Source: an uncultured virus (IMG/VR IMGVR_UViG_3300027747_002957) (Duplodnaviria; Heunggongvirae; Uroviricota; Caudoviricetes). Taken from it: 64,000 nucleotides of DNA. Within the stretch, counting starts at the first letter, position 1, and each line of letters opens with the position of its first letter. Made by a program: the position numbers and the translations under genes. The stretch is taken from IMG/VR virus record IMGVR_UViG_3300027747_002957; one strand, given 5' to 3'. Shown one piece after another: positions 19,728 through 28,493 of this stretch. A model generated the notes under the pieces. The model saw only the letters and a program-made list of their open reading frames with translations, was not told the origin of the DNA and ran no database searches.

Positions 19728-20828
19728 ATGGCCTATGTGAAGATCAACGGAGACACCAGCGGATACGTGATCCTGGCAGTGCCGGCTGTGAGCAGCAACA
19801 ACACGCTGACGCTGCCATCTGTCACGGACACGCTGGTCACGCAGAACGGTGCCACGCTGAACAACGCGCTGATCAGCGGTGCTACCATCAACAATGCCAC
19901 GTGGAACGGTGCCACCCTGGCAGGGACCACCCTGAACACGCCAACGCTGAACAACGCGCAGTTTGCCACGTCTTTCAACTTCAGCGCGGTGGGAACCGCG
20001 CCTCTCAACGGTCTCTATCTCACCGCAGCCAACACGCTGGCCTTTGCTACCAACAACACGGAGCGCCTGAGGATAACCAGCACGGGTAACGTGGGCATAG
20101 CCACTACCACTGTTGCAGCAGGTAACCAGCTCAGCGTCTACGGTGGCAACATACAGGTTGGTACCTCAGGCACCGGCATCAAGTTCGCCGATGGTAGCTA
20201 CCAAACGGTGGCCTATAGTGGGTCGGTTAGCGGGTCATTGATCAAGATAACCTACCTCACCAGCGGTACATCTTTCACCACGCAGGCTAGTACCACGCAC
20301 ATGTTCGTTGAGTGTGTGGGCGCAGGTGGTGGTGGTGGCGCCGTAGCATCTGGCGCAGGTGGTGGTGGTGGCGGTGGAGGCTATGCTGCAAAATACTTCA
20401 CTGTCACTGGCAACACATCCTACACCTACAGCATAGGCACTGGCGGCACGCAGGCTGCTACTGGTGGCAGCACCACTTTCACGGTCAGTGCGACCACGAT
20501 CACAGCTACTAGCGGTACTGGGGGCGGTAACGGTAGTGCTGCTAACAGCGGAGACGGCGTGCCAGGTGTTGGTGGAACAGGAACCAACGGAGACATAAAC
20601 ATAGCTGGCAGCGGCGGTGGTGCCACAGGCAGCGGCTATGGTGGCAACTACATGCACGGTGGATCTGGCGGCAACAGCATGTTTGGAGGTGGAGCAGCCA
20701 GCCCCAGCACTGGTGCAGGCATCACTGGAGGACTATACGGTGGTGGTGGATCAGGCGGTGGATATGGCAGCGGCGGTACTGGATCCAGTGGCGCACAGGG
20801 CATGATAAGAGTTACGGAGTATTCGTGA
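19728..20828 (+). CDS. Fibre protein with Gly-rich C-terminal domain
   Basis: ERLRITSTGNVGI motif; VECVGAGGGGG...GAQGMIRVTEY Gly-rich domain. Confidence 0.7.
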   Translation: MAYVKINGDTSGYVILAVPAVSSNNTLTLPSVTDTLVTQNGATLNNALISGATINNATWNGATLAGTTLNTPTLNNAQFATSFNFSAVGTAPLNGLYLTAANTLAFATNNTERLRITSTGNVGIATTTVAAGNQLSVYGGNIQVGTSGTGIKFADGSYQTVAYSGSVSGSLIKITYLTSGTSFTTQASTTHMFVECVGAGGGGGAVASGAGGGGGGGGYAAKYFTVTGNTSYTYSIGTGGTQAATGGSTTFTVSATTITATSGTGGGNGSAANSGDGVPGVGGTGTNGDINIAGSGGGATGSGYGGNYMHGGSGGNSMFGGGAASPSTGAGITGGLYGGGGSGGGYGSGGTGSSGAQGMIRVTEYS

Positions 20829-21127
20829 TGACGATTTCAATCACTGGTCAGAAAGCAGCATTGGTCAACAGCCTTGGCATAGTAGAGAACATCATAGTGT
20901 GGCAAGATGGCGACACGTGGCCTCTAGATCACACGGTCGTGGTGTTAGATGCAGAGCATCCCGTGAGCATCGGTTGGACACACAACAGCGACAACACGTT
21001 CACAGATCCCAACCCACAGCCTGCACCAACAGCACAACCGCAGCCAAGCCTAGCTGATCTGCAGGCACAGTTGTCTGCGATACAGTCACAGATAGCTGCG
21101 CTGGCCAGCAAGGATATCACACCATGA
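20828..21127 (+). CDS. Tail fibre assembly chaperone-like protein
   Basis: GIVENIIVW...VSIGWTH...FTDP motif and C-terminal coiled coil; start overlaps the upstream stop. Confidence 0.6.
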   Translation: MTISITGQKAALVNSLGIVENIIVWQDGDTWPLDHTVVVLDAEHPVSIGWTHNSDNTFTDPNPQPAPTAQPQPSLADLQAQLSAIQSQIAALASKDITP

Positions 21128-21531
21128 CCATACAGATATCAGGCAGCGGCGGCGGCACCGCAACTGGCGGAGACATCAACATAAGTGGACAAACTGCCTT
21201 TGGCAATATCACTAACGGTGCGTCAAACGCCAATCAAGCCGGTGTCAGTGGTGGATCGTCTATGCTGGGGCTGGGAGGTAATGGTACCAACACATCAGCC
21301 GGCAGTTCGGGTCAGGGCTATGGCGCAGGTGCAGCGCCTGGTGCATGGGTGTCTGGCAGCTTTGGCGAAGGTGGCGGTGGAGGCGGATATTTGGAAAAGC
21401 TGATATCGTCCCCTGCAGCAACCTATGCCTATGCTGTGGGCGCTGGGGGCACAGCAGGCGCGGGCGGAACACACGCGGGTGCGGCTGGCACTGCAGGCAT
21501 CATCATAGTTGAAGAACACTACAACTACTGA
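21124..21531 (+). CDS. Stand-alone, partial Gly-rich fibre-tip domain
   Basis: GGDINISG, GGGGGGYLEK, YAYAVGAGG and GIIIVEEHY motifs resemble the C-terminus of 19728..20828. Confidence 0.6.
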   Translation: MTIQISGSGGGTATGGDINISGQTAFGNITNGASNANQAGVSGGSSMLGLGGNGTNTSAGSSGQGYGAGAAPGAWVSGSFGEGGGGGGYLEKLISSPAATYAYAVGAGGTAGAGGTHAGAAGTAGIIIVEEHYNY

Positions 21532-21572
21532 GTTTGCCGTCGCTAAATATCCAGCATGAACCGTGGTGATCG

Positions 21573-24062
21573 ATGAGCTTCCTCAAGGTAATCAACATAC
21601 AGAATCCCAGTGCGCCCAACGTGGCCATGAGCTTCAACACGGTGGGCAACGTGGGCATCGGCAGCGCCAACCCAGCCTTTACCTTGGACGTAGCAGGCGC
21701 GGTGCGCAGCACCAGCAACGTGGTCACGGTCAATGCCGTGCTCAGCGGAGCGCTGTATTGGAGTGACGGCAGCAGCATGACTTCGGCCGGCAACGGCTTC
21801 AGCGTGTTTGATTACACGGGCGACGGGGTTACGACCAGCTTCAGCACTGGCAACTACCAGGGCGTGACCATCGGTACCAACGTGTACATACAGGGCGTGT
21901 ATCAGAGGAAGAACCAATACAGCTGGGTAGGCAGCAACATCATATTCACTACCCCACCTCCTCCTGGCACAGCCATAGAAATCGTGCTAGTAAACAACGT
22001 GAACAGCATGAGCGTGCCAGCCAATGGCTCGGTGGCACCCGTGGCTCTGAGCAGCGGTGGACCCAGCTGGGATCCGCAGGGCAACGTCACTGTGGGCAGC
22101 AACCTAGTAGTGGGTGGCAGCGGCGGTAGCTGGATCGCAGGCAAGCTGGGCATAGGCACTAGCGCCGCAGGCACCTGGACCACCACCACCAGCAGCAACA
22201 TCGTGGTTTGGGGCAACGTGGTCATAGCCAACACGGCTACCACGGGCAGCGGCGTGATATTCCCAGATGGTACGCGACAGACCACTGCAGCAGCTGTGTT
22301 TTTGAGCAGCGGTGTGGCTGGTACCATACAGTTCGCCGGAGCCAGCAACTCATTCACCGGCGACGGTAGCAACTTCTTCTGGGACAACTCCAACAAGCGA
22401 CTGGGCATAGGCACTGCTTTACCAATTGGCAACATCAGCATAGTTAATCCGCTGAACACAGGCACTGCGTCCGACAACGCATCACTGTACGTGTCAGCAC
22501 CAAACCGCAGCGCCTATCTGCAGCTGGATGCGCTGACCAGCGGATCTGTGGTATGGAGCAAGGCGCTCACAGAGGCTGGTCGCATCTACTACGACAATAC
22601 CAGCAACTACATGGCATTTGGTGTGAACGGCACTGCCTACCCCGCGTCAGAGAGGATGCGCATCACCAGCACAGGCAATGTGGGCATCGGCACCACGGTT
22701 ACCACGGTGTATGACGGTCAGGCATCTGGACGACCATTGGTAGCAGTTGCTGCCAGCTCAAGCACCACCGCTGGTGCCAGCACAGCTGCGCTGGCAGTGT
22801 TCAACACTGACCAGACTGCTGAGAACTTCGCACAGATCAACTTTGGTGGGCTCACGCCCAACAGCACCAATCTCTACAGCAGCGCCATAATCGCGGCCAG
22901 CGTGGGTCCCAGGGTGTCGGGGCAGTATCCCACTGGCAACCTCATATTCATGACCAGCACCACCATCAACTTCGCTCCAACGGAGAAGCTGCGCATCACC
23001 AGCCAAGGCAACGTGGGCATCGGATCCAGCACGCCAGTGCAGCTGCTGGACGTGGCAGGCAACGTCAACGTTGCTGGTACCGTGATCATGGGCAGCAGCT
23101 TCCTGCGCAATCGCATCATCAATGGTGGCATGCAGTTATGGCAGAGAGGTACCACATACTCTGCTCCGGTCAACGCAAACAACACTTTCATCGCTGACAG
23201 GTGGGCATTTGTTACCGTGAACCCGATGGCAGCTGCACAATCAGCCAGCGTGCCCACCACAGCAGGGTCTCTGTTCCCCTACAGCCTGCAGGTCCAACGT
23301 CCTTTTGCTGGTACTAGCACGAGTCCAATCTATGTGTATCAGACAGTGGAAAGCGCAAACATGTATGACTTGGCTGGGCAGACTGTCACGCTGAGTTTCT
23401 GGGCCAAAGCTGGAGCTAATTTTTCTGCTGCTGGTAGCCTGCTATCCGTGGGCATCAACACAGGAACCGTGGCAGATCAAGGTGGTAGCGGAGCTGCCCT
23501 TGGCAGTTGGCTAGGTGCCGCATCTCCTTTGGCCACCACGCAGGCAATCACTACCACATGGACCAGGTACACATTCACTGCCACTCTTGCCTCAAACGTG
23601 CTAGAGTTGGCAACAGTGTTCTACTTCACACCCAGCGGCACTGCTGGCGCGGATGATAGCTTCTATATAACCGGCGTACAGCTAGAGGCAGGCTCGGCAC
23701 GCACCACCTTTGAGCGTAGGCTGTATGGTCAGGAATTGGCACTGTGCCAGAGGTATTACGAAAAAAGCTATGACACCACGGTCAATCCAGGTTCAGTGAC
23801 TTCTACCAATGCGTTCAGTCTCATAGTCAGCAGCAGTTTGGTGCGCTATCCGGCGTTCTTCAAGGTAACCAAGCGCATCGTCAACGGTACCATAACTTTC
23901 TATTCGACCACAGGTGCCAGCGGTAACATACGTAACAACAGTGCTGGCAGTGATCTAGCAGTGACCACCGTGACTGGCAGCAACAATGGTTATGCCAGCA
24001 GCAATGGTGGTACTACCAACAACGAATACATCGGTCAGTGGACCGTGGATGCGGAGCTATGA
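21573..24062 (+). CDS. Tail fibre protein with C-terminal carbohydrate-binding-like domain
   Basis: TAAATA at 21544; one FDYTG module; C-terminal RNRIINGGMQLWQRG...GVQLE...ELALCQRYY domain. Confidence 0.75.
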   Translation: MSFLKVINIQNPSAPNVAMSFNTVGNVGIGSANPAFTLDVAGAVRSTSNVVTVNAVLSGALYWSDGSSMTSAGNGFSVFDYTGDGVTTSFSTGNYQGVTIGTNVYIQGVYQRKNQYSWVGSNIIFTTPPPPGTAIEIVLVNNVNSMSVPANGSVAPVALSSGGPSWDPQGNVTVGSNLVVGGSGGSWIAGKLGIGTSAAGTWTTTTSSNIVVWGNVVIANTATTGSGVIFPDGTRQTTAAAVFLSSGVAGTIQFAGASNSFTGDGSNFFWDNSNKRLGIGTALPIGNISIVNPLNTGTASDNASLYVSAPNRSAYLQLDALTSGSVVWSKALTEAGRIYYDNTSNYMAFGVNGTAYPASERMRITSTGNVGIGTTVTTVYDGQASGRPLVAVAASSSTTAGASTAALAVFNTDQTAENFAQINFGGLTPNSTNLYSSAIIAASVGPRVSGQYPTGNLIFMTSTTINFAPTEKLRITSQGNVGIGSSTPVQLLDVAGNVNVAGTVIMGSSFLRNRIINGGMQLWQRGTTYSAPVNANNTFIADRWAFVTVNPMAAAQSASVPTTAGSLFPYSLQVQRPFAGTSTSPIYVYQTVESANMYDLAGQTVTLSFWAKAGANFSAAGSLLSVGINTGTVADQGGSGAALGSWLGAASPLATTQAITTTWTRYTFTATLASNVLELATVFYFTPSGTAGADDSFYITGVQLEAGSARTTFERRLYGQELALCQRYYEKSYDTTVNPGSVTSTNAFSLIVSSSLVRYPAFFKVTKRIVNGTITFYSTTGASGNIRNNSAGSDLAVTTVTGSNNGYASSNGGTTNNEYIGQWTVDAEL

Positions 24063-24144
24063 CAAATGAGTGACCTATTTTGCCTCATAGAGATCATAGC
24101 ACAAGACCTAGCCAACTGGTTCGGCTCACGGTAAATACACTGCC

Positions 24145-25149
24145 ATGGCAGTGACACAAGCATTCAATCTCGCGAACCTAGCTCTCAGCGCCGGAGGCGG
24201 CAGCAACGTCAACGTGGCGGTGTTTAGCGGCAACGTCAGCACCGTGAACTACATGAATGCCAACAACATCTCTGTCAGCAACAACGTCACTGTGACCAAC
24301 AACATCAGCAGCTTCAACGTCAACGTGGGAGACGCCATCAACTTCAGCGATGGCAGCAGCATCATCAGCAACGCTGCCGCTCTCACTCTGTTTGACTACA
24401 CTGGCGACGGGATCACCACCACCTTCAGCACAGGCAACTACTACGGCAGCAGCACCATCAACACCAACGTGTACATGGGCGGGTTGTACCAGCGCAAGAG
24501 CCAATACAGCTGGGTGGGAACCAACATCATCTTCAACAACCCCCCGCCCAACGGCGTCAACGTGGAGATACAGGTCAACACCCTGACCTATGCCATAGCC
24601 ACACCCAGCACAGGTTCTGTGATTCCCAGCAGCCTCAGCACTGGGGGTCCCAGCTGGGATGCCACGGGCAACGTGGCCATCGCAGGCAACGTCACTGCCG
24701 AGAGCTATCAGCTGACCACAGTGGTACCGATCACTGGCACGGGACTGTTCCTCACTGCTGCCAACACTCTGAGCCTGGTCACCAACAGCACTGCCAGGAT
24801 GACCGTGGCCAGCACTGGCAATATCACTGCTAACTACAGCATATTGGTCGGCAACGCTGGCACGCAGCTGCTGGCTCCAATCACCGACAATGCTGTGACT
24901 CCTGGATTCGCCTGGGTTGGAGACTACAACACTGGCATGAGCCATCCCAGCAACGGTCAGCTGGCATTTGGCACGCTGGGGCTGGAGCGCATACGCATAG
25001 ACAACAACGGCAACGTGGGCATAGGCACCACCAGCACCAGCAACCTGCTCACGGTCCAGGGCAATGCCAGCGTCACAGGCACTCTGTACCAGGGCGGCAC
25101 CATAGTTCCCAATCTCAACACGGTGTTAACATATCAGCTGGCACTGTGA
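24145..25149 (+). CDS. Fibre/virion protein (FDYTG module, ends TVLTYQLAL)
   Basis: Paralogous to 25170..26096 along its length. Confidence 0.7.
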   Translation: MAVTQAFNLANLALSAGGGSNVNVAVFSGNVSTVNYMNANNISVSNNVTVTNNISSFNVNVGDAINFSDGSSIISNAAALTLFDYTGDGITTTFSTGNYYGSSTINTNVYMGGLYQRKSQYSWVGTNIIFNNPPPNGVNVEIQVNTLTYAIATPSTGSVIPSSLSTGGPSWDATGNVAIAGNVTAESYQLTTVVPITGTGLFLTAANTLSLVTNSTARMTVASTGNITANYSILVGNAGTQLLAPITDNAVTPGFAWVGDYNTGMSHPSNGQLAFGTLGLERIRIDNNGNVGIGTTSTSNLLTVQGNASVTGTLYQGGTIVPNLNTVLTYQLAL

Positions 25150-25169
25150 CCACCAATAAATAAGTGGCC

Positions 25170-26096
25170 ATGGCATCAAACGCATTCAACATAGCCAACG
25201 TAGCGCTGAACACCAACAGCCCCAACGTGACCATCAGTGCTTTCACCAGCAATCTGTCTGTGGCAGGCAACATCCTCGCGCAGTACGGCTACGTGGTGGC
25301 CAGCAACGTGCAGGTCAGCAATGCCATCATATTCAGCGACGGCACGCAGCTGACCACTGCCAGCAGCGGCTTGGCACTGTTTGACTACGTGGGCAACGGC
25401 AGCACAACCACTTTCAGCACAGGCAACTATTATGCTACCACAGTGCTTGATACCAACGTGTACATGGGCGGTCTCTATCAGCGCAAGAACCAGTATACCT
25501 GGACCGGCACCAACATAGTGTTCAACAATCCTCCACCAAACCAAGTCAACGTGGAGATCATGATACAGAGCTTGGCTACACCCATCAACGTGCCAGCAGC
25601 TGCGTCAGTGTACCCAGCCAGCATGAGCCAGGGTGGTCCCAGCTGGGACAGCAGTGGCAACGTGACCATCAGTGGCAATGTTTACGCAGAAAGCTACCAA
25701 CTGACCACACAGGTACCGTTGGGCAGTCCTGGGTTATATCTCACGGGTACCAACACCATCAGTTTGGTCACCAACGCCACCAACCAGATCTCAGTAAATA
25801 GTGTGGGACAGCTGCTGAGCAATCTCACAGATTCAGCAGCCGCACCTGGGTTCAGTTGGGCAGGCAAGACCAGCACTGGCATGTTCAGTCCAGCGTCTAG
25901 CGTGTTGGCACTGAGCACAGGCGGCACAGAGAGATTGAGGATAGACAGTTCGGGTAATGTGGGCATAGGCACTGCCAATCCCAGCAGCCCGCTGCAGGTA
26001 CAAGGCAATGTCAACGTGAACAACGGTAACATCTTCAACAATGGCCAACAGATGGCCAGTCTCATACAGGTGCTGACCTATAATCTAGCACTATAA
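25170..26096 (+). CDS. Fibre/virion protein (FDY module, ends QVLTYNLAL)
   Basis: The ATG at 25170 gives MASNAFNIAN, matching MAVTQAFNLAN of the paralog; TAAATA lies 7 nt upstream. Confidence 0.7.
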   Translation: MASNAFNIANVALNTNSPNVTISAFTSNLSVAGNILAQYGYVVASNVQVSNAIIFSDGTQLTTASSGLALFDYVGNGSTTTFSTGNYYATTVLDTNVYMGGLYQRKNQYTWTGTNIVFNNPPPNQVNVEIMIQSLATPINVPAAASVYPASMSQGGPSWDSSGNVTISGNVYAESYQLTTQVPLGSPGLYLTGTNTISLVTNATNQISVNSVGQLLSNLTDSAAAPGFSWAGKTSTGMFSPASSVLALSTGGTERLRIDSSGNVGIGTANPSSPLQVQGNVNVNNGNIFNNGQQMASLIQVLTYNLAL

Positions 26097-26169
26097 CGAA
26101 TAACATGCGGCACAGTAGGTCGTGCGGCATAAATAGAGTTGATAGCTACTCACTTCAAAGGAGAAACAG

Positions 26170-26808
26170 ATGCTAATCCAAGGTCAAGTTGGTGCTCCAC
26201 AGGCACAGTCAATTCCGGCAGGTACTACACCTCCGATCCGCCAGGGACAGCTCGGTGACGTGATCGTCAGCGAAGTCCATGGTCGTTACTACGAAACAAA
26301 CTATCGTGGTGCGCTCTTCAGCACGTTCATCAACGCGCTGACCGTTGCTTCCACTCATGCTTCACCGATTGCTTCAGGTACTGGTACCGCGATCATCGGC
26401 ATCTACAACCCAGCTGGTTCTGGTAAGAACGTTTCAATCGTTCGTGTCCAACAAGCTACCACTTCTGGTACACCAGGTGGCCCGCTGCTCTGGAACACCA
26501 TTCCTAACCCACAGAACATCACTGCTTCGTTTGCTGCAGCATACAGCAACTTCAACCTTGCTCAGCAGGGTTCTGTTACACGTATCTTCAACAACACAGC
26601 ATTGACTGGTTCTACAGCTGGTGTGGCATTCCGTACAGCAGGCGGCTCAGCTGCCATTGCTGCTACCGGCGTGATCCTAACCTACAGCGAAGAACTCGCA
26701 GGCGACTTGCTTGTTACCCCAGGTAGCATGGTTGCGCTTGCTGCGACTGCTGCTGGTACTTCACACGTGATCAGCTGCTTCGTAGAATGGGAAGAAATTC
26801 CAGTCTAA
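26170..26808 (+). CDS. Putative abundant virion protein (212 aa)
   Basis: Own TAAATA (26130), RBS AAGGAGA, downstream hairpin and biased codon usage; paralog of 27699..28367. Confidence 0.65.
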   Translation: MLIQGQVGAPQAQSIPAGTTPPIRQGQLGDVIVSEVHGRYYETNYRGALFSTFINALTVASTHASPIASGTGTAIIGIYNPAGSGKNVSIVRVQQATTSGTPGGPLLWNTIPNPQNITASFAAAYSNFNLAQQGSVTRIFNNTALTGSTAGVAFRTAGGSAAIAATGVILTYSEELAGDLLVTPGSMVALAATAAGTSHVISCFVEWEEIPV

Positions 26809-26834
26809 TACAGTAGTAGCTAGCATCTGTATTC

Positions 26835-26866
26835 GAGACCAGGATCTAATCATCCTGGTCTCATTT
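26835..26866 (+). terminator. Stem-loop, probable intrinsic terminator
   Basis: GAGACCAGGAT-N6-ATCCTGGTCTC followed by a short T run. Confidence 0.6.
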
Positions 26867-26951
26867 ACCGAGCTAGTGATAGGCAGAGACCTCACAGCTA
26901 ACGATGTGGGTCAAATAAATACAAGCATGCAGCGCACGGAGCAGGACAGAG

Positions 26952-27227
26952 ATGGTTGATTTTATCATTGGCGATATGTTGGCAGGCAACATACAGATCG
27001 GCACCACCGGCGGTGTTATCGCAGCCAATGTGTCGGTCACTGGCAACAGCCTACCAACCAACGGGTTGTACCTACAGGGCAGCAACCTAGCCATAGCTAC
27101 CAACAGCTCACAGCAGGCCTACATTGATGTCAATGGCAACCTCTACGTGAACACTGGACAGATATTCCAAGCCAACGTGGCCATGCCCACACTGAACACG
27201 GTACTCACGTACCAACTAGCGCTATAA
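26952..27227 (+). CDS. Small fibre-like protein (91 aa, ends TVLTYQLAL)
   Basis: TAAATA at 26916; MVDF start; shares the C-terminal peptide of 24145 and 25170. Confidence 0.65.
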   Translation: MVDFIIGDMLAGNIQIGTTGGVIAANVSVTGNSLPTNGLYLQGSNLAIATNSSQQAYIDVNGNLYVNTGQIFQANVAMPTLNTVLTYQLAL

Positions 27228-27236
27228 GGGAAAGAC

Positions 27237-27686
27237 ATGAAGCAGTTACTCAATTTCAAACCCACGTTTAACCCAACAGCGCAGACGTTGGATTTCAGCC
27301 AGTGGCCTAACTTCCAATACAACAAGCTCTACGCTGTGATCAACGTCACGCGCAACCAGCCCATTTACATCGCAGGTGCACAGGGTCTGGGCCTCACTGC
27401 GGTAAGCAACAACAACAACGTGATCACGCTGGCATACAACACAACGTCATATGCGCCCGGCGACTTGCTCAACATCTACTACGATGCTGCGCCCGGTTAC
27501 GAAAACAATTTTGCCGCAGAACTTGGCGGCCAGCTTCAGCTGACAGGTGAATCAACCAACCAGATGCTTACCGAACTCAAGCTGTTAAACAGGCTGATCG
27601 GACAGATGGCTGGTATCAACGACAACGACATCGATCAAATGAGAATCGATCTCCTGGATAATCCAGGCAACTATACCGTAGCATAA
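27237..27686 (+). CDS. Hypothetical virion protein resembling the N-terminal domain of 10559..13858
   Basis: TFNPTAQTL...LYAVINVTRNQPIY...ITLAYNTT aligns by eye with TFTPAAKLI...LLLITDVTNNTVIY...ITVAYNTT. Confidence 0.6.
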   Translation: MKQLLNFKPTFNPTAQTLDFSQWPNFQYNKLYAVINVTRNQPIYIAGAQGLGLTAVSNNNNVITLAYNTTSYAPGDLLNIYYDAAPGYENNFAAELGGQLQLTGESTNQMLTELKLLNRLIGQMAGINDNDIDQMRIDLLDNPGNYTVA

Positions 27687-27698
27687 GGAGAGTACACA

Positions 27699-28367
27699 AT
27701 GCAGATCCAAGGACAGGTAGGCGCACCCAGTACATCATATGGTGTTGGCTCTCTACCAAACTTGCGTGCAGGGCAGCAGGCGGATCTCATCGTAAGCCAG
27801 CTGCACGGCAAGAACTACGAGACCAACTATCGCTTGAACATGTTCAGCTTTTTCACGAACGGTATCACGCAGACCAACGCGATGACCACAGCAACGTCTT
27901 CGGGTACTCCGGCAGCACCGATCGTGGGCATCTACAATCCAGCTGGTTCTGGCAAGAACATATCGCTGGTGCGCATGACACAGGCATACACCAGCGGTAC
28001 GCCAACTGGTCCATTGCTGTGGAACACATTCGCAAGCCCAAGCAGCATATCAGCAGTGCCATTCACTAGTAACACCAACATCATTGGCTCAACCATCAGC
28101 ACGAACAGCAACAGTGCAGCAGGCAGCGTGGCACGCATATACAACAACCAGGCGCTAACTGGTCAAGCGGCTACGGGTGTGGCTTTCCGCACAGCAGGTG
28201 GTCCTACGTCAGCAGCTACAGTAGCAGGTCAGATACAGACGTTCACAGAAGACTTCCAGGGCGACTTGATCGTTGTGCCGGGCAGCATGATCGGACTCTG
28301 CACCTATGCTAACGGTACCAGCGCAGTGTTCAGCATCTACCTAACCTGGGAAGAGCTCCCAGTCTAA
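27699..28367 (+). CDS. Virion protein, paralog of 26170..26808
   Basis: Shared IQGQVGAP, YETNYR, GIYNPAGSGKN, GPLLWNT, GVAFRTAGG and WEExPV motifs. Confidence 0.65.
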   Translation: MQIQGQVGAPSTSYGVGSLPNLRAGQQADLIVSQLHGKNYETNYRLNMFSFFTNGITQTNAMTTATSSGTPAAPIVGIYNPAGSGKNISLVRMTQAYTSGTPTGPLLWNTFASPSSISAVPFTSNTNIIGSTISTNSNSAAGSVARIYNNQALTGQAATGVAFRTAGGPTSAATVAGQIQTFTEDFQGDLIVVPGSMIGLCTYANGTSAVFSIYLTWEELPV

Positions 28368-28390
28368 TCATAAAATGCTTTATCGACATC

Positions 28391-28420
28391 ATGCCCTGGA
28401 TCCCAAGTCCAGGGCATCTT
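28391..28420 (+). terminator. Stem-loop after 27699..28367
   Basis: ATGCCCTGGA-N7-TCCAGGGCAT with a weak U-tract. Confidence 0.45.
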
Positions 28421-28493
28421 CATGATCAGCTGACCTTGCCCTCCAGCTAAATATTACCAGCTGTGCTCTGGCCAGCCTCCAACGGAGTGATTG

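Noticed and set aside
24066..24134. 22-codon ORF after the 21573 fibre gene
   Set aside because: No clear similarity to anything; may be a chaperone remnant or chance.
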